Below are positions 1 to 10,317 of a stretch of DNA of 64,000 nt, piece after piece (position 1 is the first letter of the stretch; each line of letters begins with the position of its first letter). Location: contig JBGTMQ010000019.1 of the NCBI GenBank assembly GCA_041743505.1, positions 6,147 through 70,146 on the forward strand, given 5' to 3'. The DNA is from Candidatus Saccharimonadia bacterium. Its GTDB lineage: Bacteria > Patescibacteriota > Saccharimonadia > UBA4664. Both the position numbers and the translations under genes were made by a program. Under the pieces are notes generated by a model. The model was not told the DNA's origin. It saw only the letters and a list, made by a program, of their open reading frames with translations, and ran no database searches.

Positions 1-1386
1 GGCTGGGCGTACAATGATCGAGTCAATAGCCCAATGATGAAAGAATGGCTCGGCAAAGTCGTAGGAGGTGAGGGCGAAGACTTAACCAGACACGACAAGT
101 GGCTTTGTATGATGCTGCCACGCCTTAAACTCCTCCGGGAACTATTGACTGAAGATGGCGCGATATTCATAAGTATTGATGACAATGAACAGCACAATCT
201 GCGAACCCTTATGGACGAAATCTTTGGAGACCAGAACTTCGTTGCTAGCATTGTTTGGCAAAAGAAGTACTCGCCCCAGAACGATGCACGGCATTTTTCG
301 GCAATGCATGAATACGTAGTGGCATACGCAAGAAGTATCGACAAATGGCAGAGAAATCTAATGCCAAGAACTGCAAAGCAGGATGATGCCTATAAAAACC
401 CCGATAATGATTCAAGAGGTCCGTGGAAGCCCAGTGACCTAACACGAGCCGAGCATCGTGATCGTGATTACTACGTCATAACCACACCGTCCGGAAAAGA
501 AGTACTCCCTGCTAAAGGCAGGAGCTGGAGCAGGCCTGTAGATGAAATAAAGCGACTACGCGAAGATAATCGTCTATGGTTCGGAACGAGGGGAGACTCA
601 ATACCGTCCCTTAAGAGATTCTTATCTGAAGTCAAGGAAGGTGTGGTGCCTGTCACGCTATGGTTCCAAGATGATGTCGGGAGCACTGACTCTGCAATGA
701 AAGAACTTAAGAGCATATTCGATGGGAACGGTCAGATTGAGACCCCGAAGCCTTCCACACTTATTCGTAGAGTTATACAGCTCGCTACAGATCCCAACGA
801 TATTATCCTAGATTCATTCGCTGGATCAGGCACAACAGCCCATGCGGTTTTAGCCGCAAATAAAGAGGATGGCGGAAATCGAAAGTTCGTTCTGGTTGAA
901 ATGGAAGATTATGCCGATAAGATCACCGCTGAACGGGTACGACGCGTCATAAAAGGAGTGCCCGATTCGCGTAACGATCTACTGAGACAGGGTCTGGGTG
1001 GCACGTTCAGCTACTTTACTCTCGGCAAGGCTATCGAAACCGAAAGCCTATTAAGTGGCAAACATTTACCGAGCTATGAAGAACTTGCTAGATATGTTTT
1101 CTACACCGCCACAGGCGAAGACTTTGACCCATTTAAGCTTAATGAAATTAAGCATTTTGCTGGATCAAGCAGCTATCATGATGTATACGTCTACTACAAA
1201 CCAGACCTCGAGTATCTCAAAAGCACAGCCTTGACGCTTGATGAAGCTCGCCGCTTACGCAAAGAAGTGGGAGATCGACCGCTACTGGTATTCGCACCAA
1301 CTAAGTACATCGAGCAAACCGAATTGGATAATCTCAAAATAAGCTTTTGCCAACTGCCCTTTGAGATATATAAATTGAAGGTATAA
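1..1386 (+). CDS. mod: Type III restriction-modification methyltransferase (5'-truncated by window edge)
   Basis: Frame open from base 1; TPKP..LI.R.I...T...DIILDSFAGSGTT N6-MTase motif; directly upstream of Res. Confidence 0.9.
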   Translation, partial: GWAYNDRVNSPMMKEWLGKVVGGEGEDLTRHDKWLCMMLPRLKLLRELLTEDGAIFISIDDNEQHNLRTLMDEIFGDQNFVASIVWQKKYSPQNDARHFSAMHEYVVAYARSIDKWQRNLMPRTAKQDDAYKNPDNDSRGPWKPSDLTRAEHRDRDYYVITTPSGKEVLPAKGRSWSRPVDEIKRLREDNRLWFGTRGDSIPSLKRFLSEVKEGVVPVTLWFQDDVGSTDSAMKELKSIFDGNGQIETPKPSTLIRRVIQLATDPNDIILDSFAGSGTTAHAVLAANKEDGGNRKFVLVEMEDYADKITAERVRRVIKGVPDSRNDLLRQGLGGTFSYFTLGKAIETESLLSGKHLPSYEELARYVFYTATGEDFDPFKLNEIKHFAGSSSYHDVYVYYKPDLEYLKSTALTLDEARRLRKEVGDRPLLVFAPTKYIEQTELDNLKISFCQLPFEIYKLKV

Positions 1387-1392
1387 TCCGCT

Positions 1393-3918
1393 ATGGAGCT
1401 AAAAGAATACCAAAAGAAAGTTGTAAACCGCCTCAGCGAATACTTGCAGGCTCTTAGCACTGAAAAAAACCGCTATGAGCGGCTGAACGCCGTTGAGCCA
1501 GACCTTGCCGCCGAATTCAACTATCCCAAACGAGCTTGGGAGACAATCGGGCTACGCAATTACCACTCAGCGGTGAACGGCATCAACCAACCCTTGCCAC
1601 ACCTCTACTTCAAAGTGCCTACTGGCGGAGGTAAAACACTACTTGCATGTCACGCGGTTGATCTAATCCACAAGCTCTATTTACAAAAGCAGCACGGCCT
1701 TGTCCTGTGGATCGTACCAACCACACAGATTTACCGCCAAACTCTCAAAAGCCTGCGTGACCGTCACCATCCATACCGTCAAGTACTCGATGTATCTAGT
1801 GGTGGGCGCACAATGATCTTAGAAAAACTAGATCAATTTAACGTTGACGACGTAGCTAGTAACCTTTGCGTGCTCTTACTCATGTTGCCCTCAGCTTCTC
1901 GTCAGACCAAAGAAACGCTCAAAGTATTCAAGGACAATACCGGCTACACTAGCTTTTTTCCTGCCGAAGATGCGTACAAGCTCCAGAAAGAGCTTCTAGA
2001 CAAATATCCCAACTTAGACACCTTTAGCGAGAGTGATGGTCTTTTTGGGCACATACCAAAAACGTCACTTGGCAATGCCCTCCGAATGCTAAGGCCAATA
2101 ACAATCGTCGATGAAGGTCATAAGGCATATTCGGAGATGGCCCGAAGCACTATTTACGGCTTTAACCCCAGCTTTGTGCTTGAACTATCTGCAACGCCTC
2201 CCGAAAACACCAATCGCCTCGTCGCCATTACGGGCCGTGAGCTGAATGATGAGCAGATGATTAAGCTCGATCTACATCTGATTAATAAAAATACTTCTGA
2301 CTGGCAAGACACCATGAATGAAGCGGTTGCATGGCGGGCCGAACTTGAGCAAAAAGCCAAAGAGTACGAGCAAAACACTAATAACTACATCCGCCCAATC
2401 ATGCTCGTACAGGTTGAGAGAACTGGCAAAGATCAGCGAGACGGCAAGTTTATTCATGCCGAAGACATCCGCGAATACCTGATAAAGCAATGTATGATTC
2501 CGAATGAGCAAATCGCCGTCAAGTCTTCTGATAAAGACGAGATTGAGAATATAGACCTGTTAGAACGTGGCTGCCATATTCGCTTCATTATCACCAAACA
2601 GGCACTACAAGAGGGCTGGGATTGTCCTTTCGCCTATGTACTTACTGCACTTACTAAATCTCAATCCGAAACGGCCATGACACAACTTATTGGCCGTGTA
2701 TTGCGTCAGCCCTACGCCCGCAAGTCCGGCATAAAAGAACTTGACGAGTGTTACGTATACTCTTTCCAGCACGACACCGCAAAGCTCGTTGGTGGGATTA
2801 AAAAAAATCTAGAGGGCGAAGGCCTGGGTGATGTAATCGGCCGCATCAATGTTGAGTCAGATGGTGACGAGAATCCAGACTATGAACCAGAAAGAACCCT
2901 GCGCTACCGGAAGCAATTCAAGAAGTTTGAAGGCCGCGTATATTTGCCAGTATTCGCGATTGAATCAGAAAGCTCATGGCGTGAACTGAGCTATGAGACC
3001 GATCTACTTGGCCGGCTCGACTGGTCAAAGGTTGACCTGTCAGCTATAGACTCGCTCAGCCTAGAGCAGCGCACCGTAGATGATGATATTCGGGCCTTGG
3101 GGTATGGCGCTAGCGGGGAGCTAGACATGACAGCGCAGCAAGAGCGATCATTTGAGTCAGAACTGAGTGACGAATATGTGACACGCCAGATTATCGATAT
3201 CGTGCCTAACCCGTGGCTCGCATATGGTGTGGCGCGGGACTTTCTAATCAGACTTCAAAAACGCTATGACAAAGAAATTGTAGCTTCAAATTTAGTGTAC
3301 GCAGTCGAACGGCTTAAAAGTCTCTTATTTGAGCAACGCAATATACTATCTGAGCAAGTATTTCGCAAACTCCTAAAAGGAGGCACATTGCGCTTCTACT
3401 TATTGAAAGGCGCCAGTCATTCAATGATCCCTAGTAGTATCACTATGCAAACCAGACGACGCTTGACCCACGCGGACGGTGAGCAGATACAAGCCAGTCT
3501 GTTTGATTATATCCCAGCCGAGAGTATCAACGGACTAGAGGAAGAAGTGGCTTTATACCTGGATCGTCAGCAAAAGCTACTGTGGTGGTATCGCAATATG
3601 GCCAAAGCTGATTATCGCATTCAGGGTTGGAAACCCGGTCGGGTGTATCCGGACTTTATTACGGCCGCGAAAGCCGAGGACGAAACGACTTACGATAAAC
3701 TTTATGTCCTCGAAACCAAGGGCGAACATCTGTTGGGTAATGAAGACACAGAGTATAAGCGGCAGTTACTAGAACTTTGCAACGAGCAAGCGGTTGAGAA
3801 AAATTGGCAGGAGCTTGATCTTGGTTTTGGTGAGTCAGATTTTGTATTTCAGATGGTCAATGAAGATGGCTGGAAATCACAGCTTAGTGGTCTGCTGGCT
3901 AATAGCGATAAGGCCTAG
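1393..3918 (+). CDS. res: Type III restriction endonuclease subunit (SF2 helicase + nuclease)
   Basis: VPTGGGKT Walker A, DEGH, LQEGWDCP, QLIGRVLR, C-terminal YPDF...LETKG nuclease motif. Confidence 0.9.
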   Translation: MELKEYQKKVVNRLSEYLQALSTEKNRYERLNAVEPDLAAEFNYPKRAWETIGLRNYHSAVNGINQPLPHLYFKVPTGGGKTLLACHAVDLIHKLYLQKQHGLVLWIVPTTQIYRQTLKSLRDRHHPYRQVLDVSSGGRTMILEKLDQFNVDDVASNLCVLLLMLPSASRQTKETLKVFKDNTGYTSFFPAEDAYKLQKELLDKYPNLDTFSESDGLFGHIPKTSLGNALRMLRPITIVDEGHKAYSEMARSTIYGFNPSFVLELSATPPENTNRLVAITGRELNDEQMIKLDLHLINKNTSDWQDTMNEAVAWRAELEQKAKEYEQNTNNYIRPIMLVQVERTGKDQRDGKFIHAEDIREYLIKQCMIPNEQIAVKSSDKDEIENIDLLERGCHIRFIITKQALQEGWDCPFAYVLTALTKSQSETAMTQLIGRVLRQPYARKSGIKELDECYVYSFQHDTAKLVGGIKKNLEGEGLGDVIGRINVESDGDENPDYEPERTLRYRKQFKKFEGRVYLPVFAIESESSWRELSYETDLLGRLDWSKVDLSAIDSLSLEQRTVDDDIRALGYGASGELDMTAQQERSFESELSDEYVTRQIIDIVPNPWLAYGVARDFLIRLQKRYDKEIVASNLVYAVERLKSLLFEQRNILSEQVFRKLLKGGTLRFYLLKGASHSMIPSSITMQTRRRLTHADGEQIQASLFDYIPAESINGLEEEVALYLDRQQKLLWWYRNMAKADYRIQGWKPGRVYPDFITAAKAEDETTYDKLYVLETKGEHLLGNEDTEYKRQLLELCNEQAVEKNWQELDLGFGESDFVFQMVNEDGWKSQLSGLLANSDKA

Positions 3919-3956
3919 TAATACAACAATTAAGGTTGCGTGGTAAAATATACCCA

Positions 3957-4169
3957 ATGGGTAAAGCAACGACACCAGGACAAATTTTAAAAGAGGCCCG
4001 ACTTAAAAAAGGATGGACTCAGGTTGAACTCGCTAAAAAGGCCGGGTTGGGCGAAAATACATACCCCAAGATTGAGCGTAATGTCAGTAAGCCTGCTCCT
4101 GAGTCAATCAAGAGACTCATGAAAGTTCTTGATATTGATCCCTCGAAGCTCCCGTATTTGCTTGGTTAA
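3957..4169 (+). CDS. XRE-family HTH regulator
   Basis: LKEARLKKGWTQVELAKKAGL...YPKIER HTH_3 pattern. Confidence 0.85.
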   Translation: MGKATTPGQILKEARLKKGWTQVELAKKAGLGENTYPKIERNVSKPAPESIKRLMKVLDIDPSKLPYLLG

Positions 4170-4173
4170 GGTG

Positions 4174-4653
4174 CTATCTCCCTAATAACTTGTCAAGCTT
4201 CACAAAACTAATCATTTGGCGCGTAAGCTCCTCCGACTCAATCCGGCGCATTACCTCGCAACTATCGTTCTGAGAAAGAATATTTAGGCTACCCTCGTAC
4301 AGGATATAACCGTCAAGGATAGCCAACTTGCGGTGATGATTACCGGTAAATAGCACTGAAACTCCGATATCCTGAAGCAATGAGACTACCTCATTGGCCA
4401 CTATGTTCATCGGGGAGTCATGTTCTATAGGATCACGGGTATTGATTACTACACGAACCCCTCTTTTCGTAAGCCTACGAAATGAGGGGTAAAGCGCATT
4501 CATGCGCTTATGGGTTATAAACGGACATTCAATAAATAGCACACGTTTACACTTCTCAATATCCTTCATGAAAGCTGGATAGAAAGTCTGTTCGTTGAAG
4601 AGCTTTGATTGCACTAGATTGTCGTCCGCCCGACGCCGGAATATACTTAGCAT
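4174..4653 (-). CDS. Single-HKD phospholipase D-like nuclease domain protein
   Basis: HRKLAILD...YEGSLNILS (HxKxxxxD..GSxN). Confidence 0.8.
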   Translation of the reverse strand: MLSIFRRRADDNLVQSKLFNEQTFYPAFMKDIEKCKRVLFIECPFITHKRMNALYPSFRRLTKRGVRVVINTRDPIEHDSPMNIVANEVVSLLQDIGVSVLFTGNHHRKLAILDGYILYEGSLNILSQNDSCEVMRRIESEELTRQMISFVKLDKLLGR

Positions 4654-4778
4654 GATGGTTCCTCATCGGGCTCGTCCAAGAGTCGCCGGACTTCTTCAAC
4701 ATCACACTCCTCATCCTCTTCAAAAGGTTGGACTACGCCCTCTAAGCCCAGCCAAGAAATTATTTCAACATCCGGCAT
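4647..4778 (-). CDS. 43-aa highly acidic peptide (not in ORF track)
   Basis: Manual translation MPDVEIISWLGLEGVVQPFEEDEECDVEEVRRLLDEPDEEPSC*; stop overlaps PLD start. Confidence 0.45.
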   Translation of the reverse strand: MPDVEIISWLGLEGVVQPFEEDEECDVEEVRRLLDEPDEEPSC

Positions 4779-4906
4779 ATGTAAACAGCACTATAATGCT
4801 TGCAATATATCAGATAATATGGCATATTAAGGAACGACTTGCATTACGCAGTCGTTCTTTGGTCTAGAAATATCCGAATCAATCCCCCGATCGGAAGGAG
4901 CTGGAG

Positions 4907-6286
4907 ATGAAACCTCTGGCTAGACAGTCCTTAGGCAGTAGTCTGGTAGGCCGGACCTTGACCGTACTAAGTGTTGCAGCATTAGCGGCGCTTGGAGCTA
5001 CTCCCGCTGCATCGGCAGACGAGGACGAGGCGCTGGAAAGAGCCAGTGCTATCGCCAAGTCGGCGTCCGTTAAGATAGTCACCGAATATACCGGGTACAT
5101 CTACTACACAAACGCCGATGGCTTTGTGTGGTCAGACGATGCTTATGTCATCAAAAGTGGTTGCACCGGCTTCGCGGTCAGTCCCGACGGCCACATTCTC
5201 ACCGCCGGCCATTGCGCCGATCCTGGCGAGGTAACCGCGAAATTCTTCGAAGGTTTCCTCACCGATCAGGTCAAGGAAGGCCTGATAACGGTACAGACTG
5301 CTAATGAATTGCTGGCTGACCCCACCGCCACCAAAGGCTGGAAGGTCGCCGGCTCTCCGAGCAGCGCAGCCGCCAACGTGAAAGTCGAGGTTACACAAAC
5401 CGTCGCTGCCACAGGTATCTCGGTTGGTAAGCCCTATCAGGCAGTAGTCCTTGAAAACCAACCACTCGATAGAGGCGACATCACGCTGCTCAAAGTGGAA
5501 CCAAACGAGCCGATGCCGTCCCTGCAAATATCACGCGCCAAGCCTAAAAACGGCGATTTCGTCGTCGCGGCAGGATGGCCGGCTTCGGTTGAGGGAGTTG
5601 TAGACCCTGGCTCAGAACCCACCGTCGAGGACGGACGAGTCACGAACGACAGTCAGACCTCAAACGGAAGCCCGTTCATCCAGACCAATGCACCCGTAAG
5701 TCAGGGTATGAGCGGGGGACCGGTCGTTAACAGGCAGGACGAGGCCGTCGGTCTCAACAGCTACGGCCCAAGCAAAGAGACCCAGTCGTTCAACTTCGCA
5801 GCCGGTCTCTCTACGCTCCAGGGCGTAATTGACCGTCATTCGATCAGCCAGGAGCTCAGTCCAGCCGACAAAGCCTTCCGGGACGGGCTTGATGCCTATT
5901 TCGAAGGTAAATACCGCTCTGCAGCTGAGCACTTCACGAGCACACTAGACACCATCCCAAGCCACGCGCAAGCTCAGAAGTACAAGGGCTTAGCAATCCA
6001 GAACTACCCGAACGAGAAGACAAGCTTCCTCTGGATCGCGATCTGGGCACTCGTCGGATTGGCAATCATCGGTCTACTCGCGCTACTGGTAATTCGAGTC
6101 ATACTTCCCCGAAGGCGCCAGCGCAATCAAGCAACGCTAGCGGGCCAGTCGGCTCCGGCCACCAGGAAACACTGCCCCGACTGCGGGCAAATGTACTCCA
6201 CAGCCGGAAAGTTCTGCACCGCTACTGGCCGGTCACATGACGGTCCTCAGGATTACCCAACCGAACAGCTGGGTCCCATCAGCTGA
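4907..6286 (+). CDS. Secreted/membrane-anchored trypsin-like serine protease with C-terminal TM and Zn-ribbon
   Basis: Signal peptide, ILTAGHC, GMSGGP, TM segment, CPDCG..FC. Confidence 0.85.
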   Translation: MKPLARQSLGSSLVGRTLTVLSVAALAALGATPAASADEDEALERASAIAKSASVKIVTEYTGYIYYTNADGFVWSDDAYVIKSGCTGFAVSPDGHILTAGHCADPGEVTAKFFEGFLTDQVKEGLITVQTANELLADPTATKGWKVAGSPSSAAANVKVEVTQTVAATGISVGKPYQAVVLENQPLDRGDITLLKVEPNEPMPSLQISRAKPKNGDFVVAAGWPASVEGVVDPGSEPTVEDGRVTNDSQTSNGSPFIQTNAPVSQGMSGGPVVNRQDEAVGLNSYGPSKETQSFNFAAGLSTLQGVIDRHSISQELSPADKAFRDGLDAYFEGKYRSAAEHFTSTLDTIPSHAQAQKYKGLAIQNYPNEKTSFLWIAIWALVGLAIIGLLALLVIRVILPRRRQRNQATLAGQSAPATRKHCPDCGQMYSTAGKFCTATGRSHDGPQDYPTEQLGPIS

Positions 6287-6309
6287 CGGACAAGATCATT
6301 CTACTACCA

Positions 6310-6335
6310 CCCGCATCAACCAGATGCGGGCTTTT
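6310..6335 (+). terminator. Intrinsic terminator
   Basis: CCCGCATC-loop-GATGCGGG followed by CTTTT. Confidence 0.7.
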
Positions 6336-6337
6336 AC

Positions 6338-6409
6338 TTATACAGACTTCTTATCTTTTTTGACGCTCTTGGGCTTCTTCGTTTCTTTTTTCTTATTTTG
6401 ACCCTTCAT
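6338..6409 (-). CDS. 23-aa lysine-rich peptide (not in ORF track)
   Basis: MKGQNKKKETKKPKSVKKDKKSV*; GAGG RBS upstream. Confidence 0.5.
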   Translation of the reverse strand: MKGQNKKKETKKPKSVKKDKKSV

Positions 6410-6518
6410 GACGCCTCGCTATTCATAATGCTGCTGCTTACTATAACACGAATGCAATAAACGTCTATTGCGGTTATGGTACATTCCTGCGACAGTTAAC
6501 GCAGTAACGCGGGCTCAC

Positions 6519-6818
6519 ATGCCAAACAAAAGTCACCACCGGCTTAAACAGAAAAATCAAAAACCCGTGAGCACTCTGGAGCAAGTAATGGTTTTGGTAG
6601 CCATTACCGAGCCACTCATGACAATACCGCAAATTATCGATATCTATGCCCACCCCGGACAAAATCAAGTCTCATTGCTAACCTGGGTATTATATTTATT
6701 CGCATCGGTCCTATGGCTTTTTTATGGTATAAAAATGCGCAACCGCCCCTTAATCTGGAGTGGTATCCTCTGGATGCTCATGGAAGGCGCAGTGGTCGGC
6801 GGCATACTGCTTTACTGA
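6519..6818 (+). CDS. SemiSWEET/PQ-loop family membrane protein
   Basis: PLMTIPQII..VSLLTW motif, three TM helices. Confidence 0.75.
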   Translation: MPNKSHHRLKQKNQKPVSTLEQVMVLVAITEPLMTIPQIIDIYAHPGQNQVSLLTWVLYLFASVLWLFYGIKMRNRPLIWSGILWMLMEGAVVGGILLY

Positions 6819-6838
6819 GTAATTCACAAAAAAATAGT

Positions 6839-6880
6839 CCTGAGATAAGATGCAATCTAAACTGCAATCTCATCCCAGGA
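6839..6880. terminator. Long bulged hairpin between convergent genes
   Basis: GTCCTG.GAT.AGATGCA ... TGCAATCT.ATC.CAGGAC with flanking A-tract. Confidence 0.55.
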
Positions 6881-6892
6881 CATTCCTAGAAA

Positions 6893-7654
6893 CTAACGCT
6901 GCTTCTGACGAAACCGGAGGTATCGCTCGTACAGCGATACGCTGCAGAGCGTCTTGCCATCGACCAACCCGCACTGGGGCAGGGTGATCAAGGCATCCTC
7001 GAGAGGAACGACAACCGGCTCTGTTTTCTCGTTCTCAATATCCAGTCCACCAGACTGCCGGCGAAGCTCAGCCAGCTGGGCGGGCGTCACAACCCCTTCA
7101 GCAGCCATGTACCAGGTCACTTCGTTGGTCATACCTGGGCTTACCAGTGCTGGGCGAGTGCTACCAGTAGCAGCTTCGGTCAAGTTAATAACCGGCCCCC
7201 ACTTAATGCCATCGGTACCGCGAAGCTCTTCACCGCGTTCTCGAATTGCAGCGGCAATCGGGCTTGCGTCACTTGAGTCGATAATTCCGGCCGGATTGGA
7301 CAAAACCCAGTCATGAGCGGCTAGCGTGCGCGATTGGCGCACGAATGCTACATGCGGACCGGAACCATCATCGAGAACGGTCAAAATGTCCACGGTCGGG
7401 TCACGCAGAATACCAGCCGTCAATACTTCTCGACCATTTTGACCAAGCGTCGTGACTGCAACCTGCAGCATCTTGATCTCTTTCGGCTCCCCCCAACTGA
7501 ATGCACCCTTAATCCGCACCCCGGTAAGGTTAGTATTCGGACCAGTCTGAGAGAATTGGTTGATCCACTGACGAAACAAACGCGAGCGTAGTACCGCGTC
7601 AACGTTAACACCGGCATCAGGCGCACAGGTAATATCAAGCTCGGTAACAGACAT
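6893..7654 (-). CDS. NUDIX hydrolase (ADP-sugar pyrophosphatase-like)
   Basis: PAGIIDSSDASPIAAAIRERGEEL Nudix box, SPGMTNE; GAGAGG RBS; promoter TTGACA-17-TATAAA at 7727-7755. Confidence 0.75.
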   Translation of the reverse strand: MSVTELDITCAPDAGVNVDAVLRSRLFRQWINQFSQTGPNTNLTGVRIKGAFSWGEPKEIKMLQVAVTTLGQNGREVLTAGILRDPTVDILTVLDDGSGPHVAFVRQSRTLAAHDWVLSNPAGIIDSSDASPIAAAIRERGEELRGTDGIKWGPVINLTEAATGSTRPALVSPGMTNEVTWYMAAEGVVTPAQLAELRRQSGGLDIENEKTEPVVVPLEDALITLPQCGLVDGKTLCSVSLYERYLRFRQKQR

Positions 7655-7757
7655 CGGGGTTCCTCTCAGTATAGAGTACCAACAGCCATCAGCGTCACTA
7701 CACTGAAATCGTCCAGTGTCATCCATTTTATACATTAATTTTTACAAGCTGTCAATA

Positions 7758-8712
7758 TATCGTAATGGTTCAATAGCTTTGCACCAAGGTTGTGCTTAAA
7801 CTGTTGCCATGCCATATACCTCAAACCCCAATCTGGAACGAGTCCGCATGCAGGCGGTCAAGCTTGTAAGGGGTGGGCAAACCACCCGTGAAGTAGCCCG
7901 TCATTTGGGGTATTCTCATTCCTCGGTGGTGCGCTGGGTGCAGCGGGTAGAGAAAGAACGGCTACATGGCAATGGCGGCGTACCGACCCGTTCCTCGAAG
8001 CCTAAGTCGCATCCCCGTGCCCTCGAACCGGCAATTGTTCAGGCCATTGTCAATGAGCGTCTGAAATCCGGCCGCTGTGCCGAAGTCGTTTACGAGGATC
8101 TCAAAGAGCGAGGAGTCCAGGTTAGTTTGTCGAGTGTCAAACGCACTCTCGACCGACATGAGCTACTCAAGAAAAAATCAAAATGGAAGCGGATCCGACA
8201 ATCGTTACCAAGACCCGACATAACCGCTCCCGGAAGCCTTATTCAAATGGATACGGTTCATTTTGTCGACTGGTCTACCGGAAAACGATTCTATATTTAC
8301 ACCGTTATTGACCTGTATTCCCGCTGGGCATACGCCGAAGTCCACGACAACTTGAGTCAGGCGCTGAGTCTCAAAGTAGCCCTCCGGGCCCAGGTCAAAG
8401 CCGGTTTCGGATTCCAGATGATGCAAACGGACAACGGACCCGAATTCCAAAAATACTTTCATGACATGCTGGCTGCCAGAAAGATTGCCCTGAGGCATTC
8501 ACGGGTACGACAGAGCAACGACAATGCTCATGTGGAGCGGTTCAACCGCACCTTACAAGATGAGTGCGTGAGTTCGTATCCGCTACGGAGGAATGTGACT
8601 CAAAGACGACTAGATGAGTATCTGGATTACTACAATAATGGCCGTCGGCACATGGGAATTAACATGCGGAGACCGGCGGAAGTGGTGCAAAGCTATTGAA
8701 CGCTAAACGACA
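7758..8712 (+). mobile_element. IS481-family insertion sequence
   Basis: 19-bp perfect inverted repeat GTTCAATAGCTTTGCACCA at 7768-7786 and 8683-8701, extendable imperfectly to the ends; single DDE transposase; no target duplication seen. Confidence 0.85.
7809..8699 (+). CDS. IS481-family DDE transposase
   Basis: N-terminal HTH; QMDT, IDLYSR, QTDNGPEF, NAHVERFNRT, YYN..RRH. Confidence 0.9.
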   Translation: MPYTSNPNLERVRMQAVKLVRGGQTTREVARHLGYSHSSVVRWVQRVEKERLHGNGGVPTRSSKPKSHPRALEPAIVQAIVNERLKSGRCAEVVYEDLKERGVQVSLSSVKRTLDRHELLKKKSKWKRIRQSLPRPDITAPGSLIQMDTVHFVDWSTGKRFYIYTVIDLYSRWAYAEVHDNLSQALSLKVALRAQVKAGFGFQMMQTDNGPEFQKYFHDMLAARKIALRHSRVRQSNDNAHVERFNRTLQDECVSSYPLRRNVTQRRLDEYLDYYNNGRRHMGINMRRPAEVVQSY

Positions 8713-8762
8713 CCCTGCTAACCGGGGGGTCAGCAGGGCGCCATTTGTAGCAGCAGGTATCA

Positions 8763-9110
8763 TTAACCGGTCCCCGGCTCGAGGCCACTGACCTTCGCCG
8801 GATCGAGCTTATTGCCGCCCTTCGGGAATATGGTGCCGTGCCCAAGCAGCGGTATTGCGAAGAAGATGCGGCCGTCGCCTATGTCGCCTGGCGGCGACAT
8901 CTCGGCATCCACAAAACACTCAACGGCGCGCCGTTTTTCCCATACGAAATCCAGGCTAAGCTGTGCAGCCCAAAGCAACTTGAAGGTCACTCGTCCATTC
9001 TCCAGTGTGATGCTCTCTATGGGACCGCGATAGAGAATTCCAGACTCATGGAATTCGACATCACCACCAACGAGATCGTCCCGTTCCAGGACCTGCTGCC
9101 AGGTTGTCAC
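8763..9110 (-). CDS. Hypothetical protein (array module)
   Basis: Protein-like composition; downstream hairpin 8713-8738. Confidence 0.7.
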   Translation of the reverse strand: MTTWQQVLERDDLVGGDVEFHESGILYRGPIESITLENGRVTFKLLWAAQLSLDFVWEKRRAVECFVDAEMSPPGDIGDGRIFFAIPLLGHGTIFPKGGNKLDPAKVSGLEPGTG

Positions 9111-9474
9111 TATAAAACATCCCTTATATGTCGAAGAGTATTGTCAGTGGATCTTAACTCTCCAGCGGCCTTCCTCGTGGGATAGTATTGCAACGTGCAG
9201 CCAGTCGGCTTTTTTGGGCTGGAGAGCGATGGCCAACAAGGCTACTAGCGCATGTTCTCGTAGCAGTAGCAGGATGACCGGGCGGCCTTCTGTTCCTCCT
9301 TGGCTCGTGATCCGCTCTAGGGCTCGCCGATTACCAATGGCTTCTTTGCCATGTGCTGACCTCCTTACAAAGGTGCGGATATGGTGCAAAGCCTATAAAA
9401 TAATGACACAAAAAATAAAAAAGTAAAGGCTCCGCTGGCGGCGGAGCCTTGTGCACGTTAGTGCGGTGGGGTCT

Positions 9475-9684
9475 TCACTCCGGCTCAGCCGGAGCAATCA
9501 AGTCCAACAACCTGCGGGTGGCACAGGGCCAAGCCTGTACGGTGCCTTGCCGGTCCCGGCACTGGGCAGCACAGATCACTGGCGCGAACCTGGTTCCATC
9601 AACGCGGTTGTGGAGTGCGAGCAGCTCAGCCAGCTGCGCGCCGCTGACCGTCAGTACCACGGGTGCACCATCGGTGGAGTCCAT
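9475..9684 (-). CDS. Small phage-like Cys protein (LALH..CxxxC..WPCxT)
   Basis: GGAAGGGA RBS; promoter TTGCAT-17-TATAAT 9802-9830; hairpin 9426-9450. Confidence 0.65.
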   Translation of the reverse strand: MDSTDGAPVVLTVSGAQLAELLALHNRVDGTRFAPVICAAQCRDRQGTVQAWPCATRRLLDLIAPAEPE

Positions 9685-9919
9685 AGTAGTCCCTTCCTGT
9701 CCGGTAGTATTGCCTAGCTAACTACGACGCTCAAACCGGATCAACCGGGGTCTGTGAATGCTCAGAGGGAGCATCAAACCTATCCAAGTGCGGATCTATA
9801 CATTATAACACATATGCGAAAATTATGCAAGTATAAGGCCCCGCCAAATTGCGGCGGGGCCGGTGTGTAGGCTAGTCGGCCCACGGAGCATACTATGGAT
9901 TTTCTGACCACCTAAGTCG

Positions 9920-10288
9920 CTAAGCGGCCTGCATATAGGCCCGCGGCCAAAGTGATTTGGGTATCCAATTACCAGCCTCATTTCTAAGCGCCAGGAAGAT
10001 ACACGGTCCCGAGGAGTACTCTATGGACTGCACCGCTTCGACATACACCCGCCCATCCGGGAAGGTGTATTTATAAAGCGGGTAACCTTCGCACATTCCC
10101 GAATAGTGCTCGCCACTCGGCTCCCGCGCCACCGTAGAGCCAAGTACCTGGCGTGGTTCCTGCGTCTCGCGCCGTCCGTCCGGGTACACCCGCACCACCT
10201 CCTCGGTGTACAGGAGAACTTTCTCGCCCCCGACCAACTTCTGCGCCCATGCATTTAGACCAAAAATTTGGTCCTCACGGATCCCCAT
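9920..10288 (-). CDS. Hypothetical protein (array module; ORF extends to 10321)
   Basis: AAGGAG RBS before MGIRE; hairpin 9837-9861 downstream. Confidence 0.7.
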   Translation of the reverse strand: MGIREDQIFGLNAWAQKLVGGEKVLLYTEEVVRVYPDGRRETQEPRQVLGSTVAREPSGEHYSGMCEGYPLYKYTFPDGRVYVEAVQSIEYSSGPCIFLALRNEAGNWIPKSLWPRAYMQAA

Positions 10289-10317
10289 GTCGGCTCCTTC
10301 GGCTCGTAAACGACTGG

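Noticed and set aside
9144-9389. 81-aa ORF as a real gene
   Set aside because: The strong RBS (AAGGAGG) points to an ATG at 9352 in another frame that stops after 11 codons; probably a decayed module or leader.
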